DNA of 64,000 bases, taken from the IMG/VR virus record IMGVR_UViG_3300046490_000039, positions 33,903 through 97,902 of that record; one strand, written 5' to 3'. The stretch is from a virus (lineage: Duplodnaviria; Caudoviricetes). Of this stretch, positions 8,568-18,655 are shown piece by piece. The notes beneath the pieces are model-generated. The model ran no database searches, was not told the DNA's origin, and worked only from the letters and a program-made list of their open reading frames with translations. Numbering within the stretch: the stretch's first letter is position 1; every line of letters begins with the position of its first letter. The position numbers and the translations under genes were made by a program.

Positions 8568-10372
8568 AGTTCGACCCCACTCAAGTGTCGGTCGGGTTCG
8601 TCGAAACGCTCGACGACGCTAGCACCTTCTGGAGCTGGGTGCAAGCTGGCCACAAGGTGGTCGGCTTCGACATCGAGACCGATGGTCTCGACTGGTACGA
8701 CGGAAAGATCCGGCTCGTGCAGTTCGGTACCCTCACCGAGGGCTGGGCTATCCCGTACGACCAGTGGGCGGGACTGGTGCGCCAGACGCTCGACTACCTC
8801 AAGGAACAGGGCACGATCATCGTTGGCCACAACGTCGGCGGCTTCGACCTCACGTGGGCACGGCACCACACCGGCTTCATTCCCGACTGGTCGAAGGTCC
8901 ACGACACGATGATCGCCGCCGCCCTTCTCGACTCTGCCGGGAGTCGAGCGCTCAAGAACCTCTCCACGGTCTACGTGCACCCCGTGGCAGCGATGGGGCA
9001 GAAGGCGCTCAAGGAAGACATGAAGATGGGCGGATGGGACTGGGCCACCGTGCCCGTACGTCTCCCCTCCTACTGGACCTACGGCGTACTGGATACGATC
9101 CTGACCGTCAACCTCTTCCACACTCTGATGCCGCTGCTCGCTCAGTACGATCTCCTCCGGGCCTACGAGACCGAGCGCCACGTCGAGAAGATTCTGCACA
9201 ACGTGTCCTACGTTGGGATTCAGACGGACCTGGAGCACTGCCGCACGCAACGGGACACGCTACTCGCTCGGTGCGAGCAGATCCAAGAGCAGGTGCAGGC
9301 CGAGTACGGTCTCGACAACATCGGCTCAGGACCGCAGCTCGCACGGGCGTTTGAGGGTACGGGCGTGATCCTCACCGAGCGCACGCCATCCGGCAACGGG
9401 TGGTCGATGTCGGCCGACTCGCTGGAGATCATCGCAGCGCTGAACGGCGATCACCCACTCGTGAAGCTCGTGACCGAGTACCGCAAGGGCCAGAAGTACG
9501 CCAACACGTACTACGAGAACGTGCTCAAGTTCACCCGCTCGGACGGTCGGTGTCACCCGTCCTACCGGCAGGTGCAGGCCCGCACGCTCCGCATGTCCGC
9601 CAACGACCCGCCCATCCAGACCTGGCCACGAGTCAACAACGACGGTACCAACGCCGAGCCTCGCAACGCCTTTGTGGCATCGCCGGGCAAGTCGTACATC
9701 TCCGCCGACTTCAGTAACATCGAGGCTCGGGTGTTCGCCATCCTGGCCAACGACATCGGCATGCTGGAGGCGTTCATCAAGGGTATCGACCTGCACTGCT
9801 ACACGGGTGGGGTCATGTACGAGGGTGGCAAGATCCTGGACAAGCACGACCCCCGCCGACAGCTCTCAAAGTCCAGTCTCTTCCTCACCCTGTTCGGTGG
9901 GGGTGCGGGTAAGCTCGCCGTGACCGCTGGCATTTCGACCGACGAGGCCGAGCACACGCTGAAGCTGCTCAAGGCAGCCTTCCCGACGATTCCCGAATAC
10001 TCTCGGCAGATGCAACGGGAAGCTGGCGACATGGAGCTGGCCACTGGACGCTCCGGCGTTCGGCTCGCTGACGGGCGCATCCTCCGGATGGCCGAGGACG
10101 ACGATCGCTTCTACGCCTACGTCAACTACAGCGTGCAGGGCACCGCCCGCATGATCCTCGCACAGCGGCTCATCGCTCTCGACAACGCCGGTCTGGCCGA
10201 CATGATCGTGGCCGTGATCCATGATGAAGTAATCCTGGAGGTACCTGACGAGGATGTGGACGACGTGCGTGCTAAACTCAAGGACTACCTGGAGGACTAC
10301 GAGTCGTTTGGGATTCCGATCCTGGCCTCCGTTGGCCAGCCCGCTAAGCGCCTAGGAGAGGCAGACCACTGA
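8564..10372 (+). CDS. polA: DNA polymerase I (family A) with 3'-5' exonuclease
   Basis: FDIET, HN...FD and Y...D exonuclease motifs; DFSNIEAR (A), R...K...F...FG (B), IHDE (C). Confidence 0.95.
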   Translation: MKFDPTQVSVGFVETLDDASTFWSWVQAGHKVVGFDIETDGLDWYDGKIRLVQFGTLTEGWAIPYDQWAGLVRQTLDYLKEQGTIIVGHNVGGFDLTWARHHTGFIPDWSKVHDTMIAAALLDSAGSRALKNLSTVYVHPVAAMGQKALKEDMKMGGWDWATVPVRLPSYWTYGVLDTILTVNLFHTLMPLLAQYDLLRAYETERHVEKILHNVSYVGIQTDLEHCRTQRDTLLARCEQIQEQVQAEYGLDNIGSGPQLARAFEGTGVILTERTPSGNGWSMSADSLEIIAALNGDHPLVKLVTEYRKGQKYANTYYENVLKFTRSDGRCHPSYRQVQARTLRMSANDPPIQTWPRVNNDGTNAEPRNAFVASPGKSYISADFSNIEARVFAILANDIGMLEAFIKGIDLHCYTGGVMYEGGKILDKHDPRRQLSKSSLFLTLFGGGAGKLAVTAGISTDEAEHTLKLLKAAFPTIPEYSRQMQREAGDMELATGRSGVRLADGRILRMAEDDDRFYAYVNYSVQGTARMILAQRLIALDNAGLADMIVAVIHDEVILEVPDEDVDDVRAKLKDYLEDYESFGIPILASVGQPAKRLGEADH

Positions 10373-10713
10373 TGGACAGCATCCTGAACGTGAAAGTAGA
10401 AGACGTGGTGAAGTACACGGCGGGAAACGCTAGCTCGTTCTTCCGTCCGAAGGACCTCCCACCACACTACGATGATGATGATCCGTACGGCACGGTGGTG
10501 GAGGTGGGCAAGACGGTGATTCCCTCCGTGAAAGTGCGCTGGCTCCACGACAATAGTGAGACGTGGGTGTTCCGTTCCTCGCTCCAGATCTCTTCGGAGC
10601 GCAACCGTCAATCTGATCTCGGGTGGGCACGGTCCTACTACCGAGACCAGATCCGAGATGCTCAACGGCAGATAGAGTACGCCACCGATCGACTCAGGGA
10701 TCTGCCATGCTGA
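10372..10713 (+). CDS. hypothetical protein
   Basis: TGATG coupling. Confidence 0.6.
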   Translation: MDSILNVKVEDVVKYTAGNASSFFRPKDLPPHYDDDDPYGTVVEVGKTVIPSVKVRWLHDNSETWVFRSSLQISSERNRQSDLGWARSYYRDQIRDAQRQIEYATDRLRDLPC

Positions 10714-10904
10714 TGATCCAAGCCGACCCCTTCCCCGGCCGCTGCAAGAACCTGCGACCGGCAGGCTACGAGATGCTGCGCTGCCTTGAGTCCGAGCTAG
10801 TCCGTCACGTGTGCCGGTTTCCTGAACAGCCGATCAGGATTCAGGGCAGTGGCTCCATCACGACGACGCCCATGAGCGTGAAGCCCTGGGTGGTCCCGAA
10901 ATGA
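10707..10904 (+). CDS. hypothetical protein
   Basis: Overlapping start; Cys/His residues. Confidence 0.45.
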   Translation: MLMIQADPFPGRCKNLRPAGYEMLRCLESELVRHVCRFPEQPIRIQGSGSITTTPMSVKPWVVPK

Positions 10905-11323
10905 TCGTCGGCATCGACCCCGGCAAGGCGACCGGCGTGGCCGTCTGGATCGACGGGTACATTGACAGCGAGCTGACGGGCGAGTACACTCCCGCCGAGC
11001 TGTACCAATTTCTTGAAGAGTGGTCCGACGAGATCGAGCACGCCCAGGTCGAGTGGTTCACCATCTCCGCCCGCACGCTCAAGACCGACATCGACTACCA
11101 CGCCCTGCACCTGATCGGTGCCGTCCAGCTCATGTCGTGGAAGCACCACTTTCACCTCGGCTACACGAACCCCGGCGATGTCAAGGACCAGTTTCCTGAC
11201 AAGGCGCTGCGCCAAGCTGGTATGTGGCACACGTCCGACCACGCCCGAGATGCGCTCCGCCACCTCTGCTACTACCTCGTGCACGAGGGCGATCTCTCGC
11301 CCCGGTTGTTCCTCCTGGACTGA
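10901..11323 (+). CDS. RuvC-like Holliday junction resolvase
   Basis: IVGIDPGKATGVA...VEWF...DHARDALRH. Confidence 0.85.
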   Translation: MIVGIDPGKATGVAVWIDGYIDSELTGEYTPAELYQFLEEWSDEIEHAQVEWFTISARTLKTDIDYHALHLIGAVQLMSWKHHFHLGYTNPGDVKDQFPDKALRQAGMWHTSDHARDALRHLCYYLVHEGDLSPRLFLLD

Positions 11324-11376
11324 CCGAACCCTCCGAACCCCTGTTACCCTGGAGCTACATTGACCTGGAGAACCGT

Positions 11377-13155
11377 ATGGACCTGCTGGACGAGCTTATG
11401 AGCACGCCCCCGTTGACGATCGACTACAACCCGGAGACGCCCGACATCTTTCGACTCTACGGGGCCACCCAGGCCCACCAGATCGGTCTCCTGTCCGTCC
11501 CCGGCTGCTACTTCGCAGCGAAGGGTAAGAACTACTGGACCGTTCCGGTGCGCTACGCCCAGGTGGTGGCTGTCGGTGGGCAGTACCAACTCAACTGGAC
11601 CGACGCCGCTGTCGCACGCTTCACACCGATCATGGAGACCGTACAGGCCTGTGTGAGGCTTCGCAACGAGGGACTCACCCCGGAAGAGGAAGAGCACCTC
11701 AAGTCGCTCCTGTCTCGGTACGGCATCACCCCGAAGCAGGGGCAGGCGGCCTCCATGGTGCAGCTCGCTACGGCTGGCGGCGCATCGCTGTTCTCGGACA
11801 TGGGGTCCGGCAAGACCATCGTGGTAGCCGGAGCGCTGAAGCTTTACGGCATCAAGACCGCCCTCATCGTGTGCCCGCCGTCCGTCATCTACAACTGGCG
11901 CACCGAACTTCGACGGTTCGGCATCGAGGCGTGCGTCATCGACGGCACGCCCGCCCAGAAGCAGAAGATCATGGACAACCTCGACCTGGGGGTCACGCCC
12001 GTCGTCGTGTGCACCTACGGCACCGCCAAGAAACTGACGAGGCTCGCCCGCTATGGTGCGACGGCGCTGAAGCGCTGCAACGCCTGTGGCGGACACCACG
12101 ACATCCCCGAGGCAAAGTGCGAGGTGCACGAGCGGTTCCTGAACACGATCGACTGGGAGGCCGTCGTCATCGACGAGGCCCACCGCATCCGTGACCCTCA
12201 CACCGCCAACACCCGAGCGGTATGGCACCTCACCGAGGGTCGACCCTACCGTTGGTTTCTCACCGGCACGCCGATAGAATCGAACGCCAAGGAATTCTGG
12301 TCCGTGCTTCACGCCATGGACCCTATCGAGCACCCGTCATCGAGCAAGTTCCAGGACCGGTACCTCGATACCGTCGAGACGTTCTTCGGTGGCACCGAGA
12401 TCCGTGGACTGAAGCCCCACGCCAAGGCAGAGTTTGAGGCGATCACGCAGTGGCGCTGGAGGCGAGACCTGAAGGTTGGCATGCCGGAGACGGTCTACGA
12501 GGTTCGCACCACGCAGCTTCGTCCGGCAGCGCACAAGGCCTACAACCAGATGGAGCGTCAGCTCATGGCCGAGGTGGGCCTGGAAGGCTCGACCGACACC
12601 ACCGTCCTACTCGCCCAGAATCATATGGTCAAGTACGGCCGACTCATGCAGATGGCCAACGCCACGTGTGAGATCACGGCGACCGGCGACGTGATCATGG
12701 CCGACCCGAGCGACAAGCTGGACCTCTTCATGGACACGCTGGAGGACCATCCTGAGCCGATCATCGCATGGTTCGCTTCCCTGAAGCTACTGAAGCTCGC
12801 TACAGCCCGTCTCGACAAGGCAGGGGTACGGTACGTCGTAATTCACGGCGAGACCTCCCCTAAGGCACGAGAGGCGGCTGTGACGGCCTTCCAGAGCGGT
12901 GACGTTGATCTGATCCTACTCAATCCGGCTGCCGGTGGCGAGGGGATCACCCTCACCCGTGCCCGTGTCTCGATCTGGGTCATGCGTCCGGCGAGCAGCA
13001 TCCAGAACAGTCAGGCCGACGAGCGCAACAACCGCTACGGTGTCGAGCACGACGAGCTACTGGTCATCGACCTGATCGTGGAGGGAACCATCGAGGAACA
13101 AGCGCTAGATCGACTGGCCGAGAAGAAGGCCGCCAAGGCCGAGGTGGTAGGTTGA
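11377..13155 (+). CDS. SNF2-family helicase
   Basis: DMGSGKT, DEAHR, LTGTP, GGEGITL, QADER motifs. Confidence 0.92.
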   Translation: MDLLDELMSTPPLTIDYNPETPDIFRLYGATQAHQIGLLSVPGCYFAAKGKNYWTVPVRYAQVVAVGGQYQLNWTDAAVARFTPIMETVQACVRLRNEGLTPEEEEHLKSLLSRYGITPKQGQAASMVQLATAGGASLFSDMGSGKTIVVAGALKLYGIKTALIVCPPSVIYNWRTELRRFGIEACVIDGTPAQKQKIMDNLDLGVTPVVVCTYGTAKKLTRLARYGATALKRCNACGGHHDIPEAKCEVHERFLNTIDWEAVVIDEAHRIRDPHTANTRAVWHLTEGRPYRWFLTGTPIESNAKEFWSVLHAMDPIEHPSSSKFQDRYLDTVETFFGGTEIRGLKPHAKAEFEAITQWRWRRDLKVGMPETVYEVRTTQLRPAAHKAYNQMERQLMAEVGLEGSTDTTVLLAQNHMVKYGRLMQMANATCEITATGDVIMADPSDKLDLFMDTLEDHPEPIIAWFASLKLLKLATARLDKAGVRYVVIHGETSPKAREAAVTAFQSGDVDLILLNPAAGGEGITLTRARVSIWVMRPASSIQNSQADERNNRYGVEHDELLVIDLIVEGTIEEQALDRLAEKKAAKAEVVG

Positions 13156-14135
13156 GTCGCTACGCCGATGGCTCAGAGCGCTACTCCAACACGGAGATCG
13201 AAACGTGGAGGACCTGCCGACGAAAGTGGATGCTCACGTACTACCTCTCACTGACCAAGCGAGAGCGTGACGTACGCTTCCCGCTGGAGGTCGGCAACCT
13301 CGTGCACGGTGCCTTTGAGGTGTTCTACAAGAACGGCGGAATTCACGGCGAGAAGAGCCACGAGCTGGCTCACGCCTATCTCGTGGCGCAGCGTGCCGAG
13401 GACCTTGCCGAGTGCATCGGTGAGCACCACCCCACCATCGAGAAGGCGCACCGCACCGCCGACGCATGCCTCAACTCGTACGTGCACTGGCTCGACGAGA
13501 GTGGGGTCGACCTGAACCTGGAGATCATCGGCTCCGAGGACAAGATCGTCATGCCCGGACCGATCGAGGGCACCGAGCTGAACGGTCGCATTGACCTACT
13601 TGCCCGAGACACCCGCACTGGTGACATCGTGGTTATCGACCTGAAGCTGGTCTCGTCCATCACCGACAAGATCCGCATGCTCCATCTCGACACGCAATCG
13701 AAGACGTACGCCCTGCTCGCCCGAGAGAAGTACGGCAAGCCGGTGCGTGTCTCGTTCCGCATGGTCAAGATCAACCAGCGCTCCGCCAAGACCAAGGGTG
13801 ACCAAGAGGTTGAGTACACGATCCAGCTCAACGAGAAGCAGCTCGACGTGTACCAACAGCAGCTCGCCGGAATCATGTCCGACGTGCGCTCGGTCACGGT
13901 ACGGCTCAACGGTGGAGAGCACCACCAGACCGTCGCCTACCCGTCACCGAACGACTCGTGCTCGTGGAAGTGCAGCTTCTTCGCTGTGTGCCCGCTGCTC
14001 GATGACCCGCTCAGTGATGGCGAGTGGCTCCTGAACGACAACTACCGTCAGCGTTCACACGCCCGACCAGAATCGGCGGAGGATGCTAACATAGAGCAGT
14101 CCGAAGAGTCAAGTGACCCTGGGAGGTCAGAGTGA
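13152..14135 (+). CDS. PD-(D/E)XK (RecB/Cas4-like) exonuclease
   Basis: N-terminal C, G..VH, GRIDL...IDLK, Q..Y, C-terminal CSWKC...C. Confidence 0.85.
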   Translation: MSRYADGSERYSNTEIETWRTCRRKWMLTYYLSLTKRERDVRFPLEVGNLVHGAFEVFYKNGGIHGEKSHELAHAYLVAQRAEDLAECIGEHHPTIEKAHRTADACLNSYVHWLDESGVDLNLEIIGSEDKIVMPGPIEGTELNGRIDLLARDTRTGDIVVIDLKLVSSITDKIRMLHLDTQSKTYALLAREKYGKPVRVSFRMVKINQRSAKTKGDQEVEYTIQLNEKQLDVYQQQLAGIMSDVRSVTVRLNGGEHHQTVAYPSPNDSCSWKCSFFAVCPLLDDPLSDGEWLLNDNYRQRSHARPESAEDANIEQSEESSDPGRSE

Positions 14136-14854
14136 AAGTCAGTGTCAGCGCCATCATCCACGGTGAGCCGGGAAGTGGCAAGAGCTGGGCAGGCGCAACG
14201 TCGCCAGCTCCCCGCCTACTGCTCGACGCAGAGGGTGGTGGGCGATTCTGCCCACGCAACCACCCGATGGTCCAGTGGAACCCCCTCACCGAGGCCCCGC
14301 CCGAGTGGGACGGAAAGTGGCAGGCGTGTTTCGTGTCCGTGCAGGACTGGGCCACGTTCGACGCCGCTCACCAGTGGCTCGCCTCAGGGCAGCACCCGTT
14401 CCGATCGGTGGTGCTCGACTCGATGACCGAGTTGCAGAAGCGTCTCGTCGATGCCGTGTCCGGTATCGCTCAGCCGACGATGCAGCAGTGGGGCGAGGTG
14501 CTCCGTCGAATGGAGGACAAGGCCCGAGCCTTCCGAGATCTGGCCGTCCGTGAGGACAACCCGCTGGAGGCCGTCATCGCCATCTGCCTGTCGCACAAGC
14601 GTGACGAGCAAGTGCGCCCGTACGTGAAGGGTGCGCTGGAGCTGTCGCTCCCCGGCTTCTTCGACGTGGTGGCCTTCATGTATACCGACCAAGATGAAGC
14701 AACGGGTGTAATCTCACACCGTGGCCTCATCGCCCCGCTCAACGGGATCGTGGCGAAGGATCGTACCAACATGCTGATCCAGACCTACGGTCCCGCTCTC
14801 CCTGAAGTCAACGTCGTCGAGTGGCTCGACCTGATCCGTCCCCTGTTCCAGTAA
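14132..14854 (+). CDS. AAA ATPase (Sak4-like recombination protein)
   Basis: HGEPGSGKS, LDAEGG, VVLDSMTE, AKDR. Confidence 0.85.
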   Translation: MKVSVSAIIHGEPGSGKSWAGATSPAPRLLLDAEGGGRFCPRNHPMVQWNPLTEAPPEWDGKWQACFVSVQDWATFDAAHQWLASGQHPFRSVVLDSMTELQKRLVDAVSGIAQPTMQQWGEVLRRMEDKARAFRDLAVREDNPLEAVIAICLSHKRDEQVRPYVKGALELSLPGFFDVVAFMYTDQDEATGVISHRGLIAPLNGIVAKDRTNMLIQTYGPALPEVNVVEWLDLIRPLFQ

Positions 14855-14880
14855 CACAACCCCCAGAAGGAAACAATCCA

Positions 14881-15597
14881 ATGACAGCACTTACAAGTAT
14901 CCCCGGTCTCGCTGAGGCCCTCAAGGCAATCGACGCTGGGTCGCTCGATGGACAGGTGAACGAGGACGGCTCGATCCGTCAGACGTTCCCCGAACTGCCG
15001 ATGGACCAGGAGCTTCGGGTCGAGGTGGTCGACGCCTCGCTCAAGACCGCCAACAGCGGCTCGCTCGGCGTGCGCTACACGCTGGAGGTCGTCGAGCCTG
15101 CCGAGTTCAAGGGAGGCAAGATCTGGGATAGCGTCTACTTCACTGGACACGCTTTCCAGGGTGCACGACTCGCCCTGCTCCTGAAGGCGGCCGGTCACGG
15201 CGAGGACGCTACCGACCTGGAGGATGCCGTGACGAAGGTGATCGGCGGCCGTCTGGTCGTCGCCCTGAAGCCCGGCAACGATCCCCGGTACCCGGAGACC
15301 CGGTGGACCAACAACGATGTGGGGCAGAAGCTTCGCACCGGCCTCTCGGTCTTCAAGTCGAAGAGCGGGCCGGTCGGCGCTGGCGTCACGGCCGACGTGG
15401 CCGGGCTGATCGCCCAGAAGGCGGCAGTGCAGCCCCCTCAGGCTGCCCCTCAGACACCCCCACAAGCCCCTGTGACGCCCCCGACCGCTCAGGTGGACCC
15501 ACCGGCCCAGTCGGGCATCAGCGCCGCTCCTGCGGCCGTACAGCCGCCCGTGTCGATCCCTGGGGTCGGCGGCGGGATCAAGCTTCCCGGTACCTGA
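14881..15597 (+). CDS. single-stranded DNA-binding protein (DUF669-like), Pro/Ala-rich tail
   Basis: Position after exonuclease and Sak4; OB-like strand pattern. Confidence 0.6.
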   Translation: MTALTSIPGLAEALKAIDAGSLDGQVNEDGSIRQTFPELPMDQELRVEVVDASLKTANSGSLGVRYTLEVVEPAEFKGGKIWDSVYFTGHAFQGARLALLLKAAGHGEDATDLEDAVTKVIGGRLVVALKPGNDPRYPETRWTNNDVGQKLRTGLSVFKSKSGPVGAGVTADVAGLIAQKAAVQPPQAAPQTPPQAPVTPPTAQVDPPAQSGISAAPAAVQPPVSIPGVGGGIKLPGT

Positions 15598-15622
15598 GCC
15601 TCCGTCAGTACCGGTTGCGACT

Positions 15623-15666
15623 GGCTCGGCACCCCTCGGCACAAGCCACGGGGTGTCGGGCCTTTG
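15623..15666 (+). terminator. intrinsic terminator
   Basis: GGCTCGGCACCCC...GGGGTGTCGGGCC stem followed by TTTG. Confidence 0.6.
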
Positions 15667-15679
15667 TCGTTCTAGGGGG

Positions 15680-15708
15680 TTGACATTCTGGCCGGGGTGT
15701 GCGATAAT
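15680..15708 (+). promoter_or_regulatory. promoter TTGACA-17-GATAAT
   Basis: Consensus elements followed by GAAG, as in the other phage promoters. Confidence 0.8.
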
Positions 15709-15748
15709 GAAGTTCCTGGGGGAAGGACCCCCAGGAGAAGGGACCGGG

Positions 15749-16078
15749 ATGACCGAGGAATACGAGATCTGGACCGACCCGCTGGGCCGCCCCGCTCGCC
15801 TGGTTCCCGTTGGCCGCCCCGACGATGGCGATGAGCCGTGGTTCGCTGAAGGCCCCGGTCAACTGCCCCCATACGAGTACCGGGTCGAGGCAGTGCACAA
15901 CCCCCGCCTGGCGCTCCGTGAGGTTGTCCTTCCGCTGGCCCCCTGGACCGCTTACGACGCCATCTTCGACCGTCTGGTCGCTCGGGGCTGGAATCCTCCC
16001 CCCGCTACCGAAGAAGCCACCTGCGAGCACGGCCTCTCGGCTAGTCTCTGCGGCGGCCCGATGCACTGGTACGACTGA
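15749..16078 (+). CDS. hypothetical protein (C-terminal CEHGLSASLCGGPMHW)
   Basis: SD-led ORF after the promoter. Confidence 0.6.
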   Translation: MTEEYEIWTDPLGRPARLVPVGRPDDGDEPWFAEGPGQLPPYEYRVEAVHNPRLALREVVLPLAPWTAYDAIFDRLVARGWNPPPATEEATCEHGLSASLCGGPMHWYD

Positions 16079-16089
16079 AAGGACCCACG

Positions 16090-16278
16090 ATGGGACATCA
16101 AGAGGTGCTGAACTACCTGCTCACCGAGGCACGGCTGTCTGTGTTCTCCATGCGAGCCGAGATTCCCGACGACCATCCGTTACAGGGTGAGATCACCCTG
16201 GCGCTGAGCGCCCTGGAGACGCTCTACTACCGTACGGTGAGCGCCAACGAGATCTACAAGAGGAAGCTCCCGGACTAA
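16090..16278 (+). CDS. hypothetical protein
   Basis: AAAGGA SD. Confidence 0.6.
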   Translation: MGHQEVLNYLLTEARLSVFSMRAEIPDDHPLQGEITLALSALETLYYRTVSANEIYKRKLPD

Positions 16279-16514
16279 CCGAGGAGCAGGTCGATCTCTT
16301 CCTCGTTCAGGCGCTCGCCTGCGAGGAGTTTCGCCTTGGCCGAGGCCTTCACGACGTTCCGTGCGGCGTTGGCGTCCACGGTGCGCTGGTCGATCTCCGC
16401 CATCTTGGCGGCCCGAGCGGCCGTGTACTCTTCCTCTGAGATTTCATGGCACCCGGTCGGAATCGGCCCGCCGTCCACGTAGGCGACCGTGGTCCCGTTG
16501 CTCACGTAGCGCAT
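16275..16514 (-). CDS. small tail-fibre-associated protein
   Basis: Ends in KASAKAKLL...EEIDLL, typical of the small gene after a fibre gene. Confidence 0.55.
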   Translation of the reverse strand: MRYVSNGTTVAYVDGGPIPTGCHEISEEEYTAARAAKMAEIDQRTVDANAARNVVKASAKAKLLAGERLNEEEIDLLLG

Positions 16515-17107
16515 CAGGCAGCCGCTCCGCCGAAGATCACCAGCGAGCTAGTGAAGTCATACGACCAGGCAAAGTTGCCTCCAACGGCGGTCCAGAACAT
16601 GCGACTGTAGTAGCGCACCGTATCGTATGCAGCGAGGGAACCGAGGTACGTGAGGAAGGACCCATTGATGTACTGCAAGGGAGCGTTCGTGTCGATGGTG
16701 GCGGCTCTCTGGGTGAACATCTTGGCCACACCGGCATCCGTGTAGATGCGGGGGGAGATGGCGAGTTTCTCATCATCGTTCGTCGCTCCGCCCAGTGCAA
16801 GGTACCAGTCGAATCGCAGCATCCCCATGAGATGGACCGTGTACGCCTGGTTGTTCGTGACCGTGACACGACCGTCTACCGAGTGGGACTCGGCTGAGAT
16901 CTCACCGCTCCCCGTCAGACTGAAGTCGTGCGAATCGGACAGTGTGGCCGTGCCGTAGTTGCCGACGAACTTGGGGCGGGGGTGCACCTTCGGCACGCCG
17001 TCCACGCAATAGATTCGCTCACCGCTGGACTTGCTAGCCTCAGCGAGTCCCCAGCTCGATTCGGGAAGCCATCCGATGTTATCGGGGCAGTTACAGATGG
17101 GAGTCAA
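16514..17107 (-). CDS. putative minor tail / receptor-binding protein
   Basis: Beta-rich ORF at the distal end of the tail module; TTG start. Confidence 0.5.
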   Translation of the reverse strand: MTPICNCPDNIGWLPESSWGLAEASKSSGERIYCVDGVPKVHPRPKFVGNYGTATLSDSHDFSLTGSGEISAESHSVDGRVTVTNNQAYTVHLMGMLRFDWYLALGGATNDDEKLAISPRIYTDAGVAKMFTQRAATIDTNAPLQYINGSFLTYLGSLAAYDTVRYYSRMFWTAVGGNFAWSYDFTSSLVIFGGAAA

Positions 17108-17149
17108 ACCTGACCACCCACTTCAGTGAGGCAATGATAGACTGAACGC

Positions 17150-17962
17150 ATGAGTACATCATACCCCTCAACTCCGCTGCCGGTTGACCGGAAACGGTGG
17201 ATTGAGGCGGCGGATCTACTCAGCCACACGAACGTCACCTTAGTTGGCTGCTACCAGGAAAGCATCGAGTATTCCGACAAGGTGAGATTGTTTCCTGTTG
17301 TGGTCGTCCGTTGCGCTGAGCACGGAATCACGGAGGTACAGTTGGCGAATCTACGCAAGAATCAACACCCATGTCTCCCATGCTCGTACATTATTCGGGG
17401 GGTAGCGAAGCAACGAACCCACTCGACGCTAGCGAGAGTGCAGGATCTTCTACCCCTCGATCAGATCGAGCGTGACGTGACGGCCCGTCCCGGCCAGTGT
17501 CGAGTGCGAGGGGTTTGTCACCAGTGTGGGCAGCCGTTCGTCCGTGTCCGAGCCAAGGACATACTCAAGGGGCAGGGGCCGTGTGAGCGTTGCGGGAAGC
17601 AGCGAAGATGGTTAGCGCCGGTCCTGCGTGATCGAGAGCTGGGCGGCACAATGTGGGAGGAACCCTATACCGGTTACGTGACCCTACTACGAGACAATAC
17701 CCACGTCAAGTTTGGCATCGGACCACGGACGAGAGCGAGGGTCTACGGAGAGCCTCTTCTAGAGGTGCGTGGAAATCGGCTCGCTGTGTTGCTCTGGGAA
17801 CAAGAGTGCCTCAGGGAAACTACCCCCGCAGATCCCGATGTTGCACGGAGGCTCGTAGCGCACGGCGGGTACACCGAGGTGCGTCAGGACCCTATTGTGA
17901 TGGAGATCATCGCTCAGTGCGCCGCCGATCGGTACGGGCTGGAGATCACGAGCAGCAGGTGA
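17150..17962 (+). CDS. putative homing endonuclease (Zn ribbons plus GIY-YIG-like domain)
   Basis: CxxHG, CxxC pairs, GYV...VKFGI...EQ...GGYTE; opposite strand to its neighbours. Confidence 0.6.
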   Translation: MSTSYPSTPLPVDRKRWIEAADLLSHTNVTLVGCYQESIEYSDKVRLFPVVVVRCAEHGITEVQLANLRKNQHPCLPCSYIIRGVAKQRTHSTLARVQDLLPLDQIERDVTARPGQCRVRGVCHQCGQPFVRVRAKDILKGQGPCERCGKQRRWLAPVLRDRELGGTMWEEPYTGYVTLLRDNTHVKFGIGPRTRARVYGEPLLEVRGNRLAVLLWEQECLRETTPADPDVARRLVAHGGYTEVRQDPIVMEIIAQCAADRYGLEITSSR

Positions 17963-18407
17963 CCTCACCGATGTCGTTCACCCAGGCACGGGCCACCTTG
18001 TACTGCCCCTTCCCGTCCTGGCCCGAGATGGCGATGCGGTTCGGCCCGATGGCGTAAATGTTCGTCCACGGTGCCACGAGGCCCGGCCCCGTCTCAAACA
18101 CTGGGACCGTGGCGTTATAGGTGTAGACTTGATCGCCGTTGATCGAGAGGGCGTACGCTCCGGCCCCCCAGAGCAGGAAGTCCTTGACCCCTCCGGGGAA
18201 GTCACCGATGCCGGGTGCGGTACCGGTTGAGCATGAGTGGCCGTTGAGTTTGTCAATGCAGATGGCCCCAGTCCCGCCGCAGTGCGTGATCTGAATTCGC
18301 TCGGAAGCGGTGAGCGTGGCGTAGTCACCGCCGCACGCTAGGCACGGGCCAGCTTCGTCGTCGGTGGAGGACCATACAGGGTTCGTGTCAGTGATCGAGT
18401 TCGGCAC
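17946..18407 (-). CDS. Cys-rich virion protein (putative)
   Basis: Tail module position; own -10 element. Confidence 0.5.
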   Translation of the reverse strand: MPNSITDTNPVWSSTDDEAGPCLACGGDYATLTASERIQITHCGGTGAICIDKLNGHSCSTGTAPGIGDFPGGVKDFLLWGAGAYALSINGDQVYTYNATVPVFETGPGLVAPWTNIYAIGPNRIAISGQDGKGQYKVARAWVNDIGEVTCCS

Positions 18408-18444
18408 GGTACCAGTCTACCCCGGCCCCGACTAGACTGTCACC

Positions 18445-18654
18445 ATGAGCGTACGCAAGGGCGATGAGGATCTAGTCTTCATCATCAAGGATCTCCAGCG
18501 CAGGGTGGCCTCACTGGAGAATCAGACGGCCCGTACCCGCCGAAACGACGTGCGAGTGGGTGACCTGCTCATCTCGTGGGACACGACCATGAGTCAGATG
18601 ACGATGCGGAACCTGAAGACCCGTGGCCTTCCTGTCACGATCCACGTCCCGTAG
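18445..18654 (+). CDS. small coiled-coil tail protein
   Basis: IKDLQRRVASLE motif typical of proteins next to minor tail genes; leaderless start. Confidence 0.55.
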   Translation: MSVRKGDEDLVFIIKDLQRRVASLENQTARTRRNDVRVGDLLISWDTTMSQMTMRNLKTRGLPVTIHVP

Positions 18655-18655
18655 G

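Noticed and set aside
13152-14135. Cas4-like nuclease as evidence of a CRISPR-Cas system
   Set aside because: No other cas genes or repeat-spacer array; it sits in the usual exonuclease-Sak4-SSB recombination module
16514-18407. A single tail gene split by an intron carrying the endonuclease
   Set aside because: No group I/II intron core is seen, the endonuclease is antisense, and the upstream gene has its own stop codon
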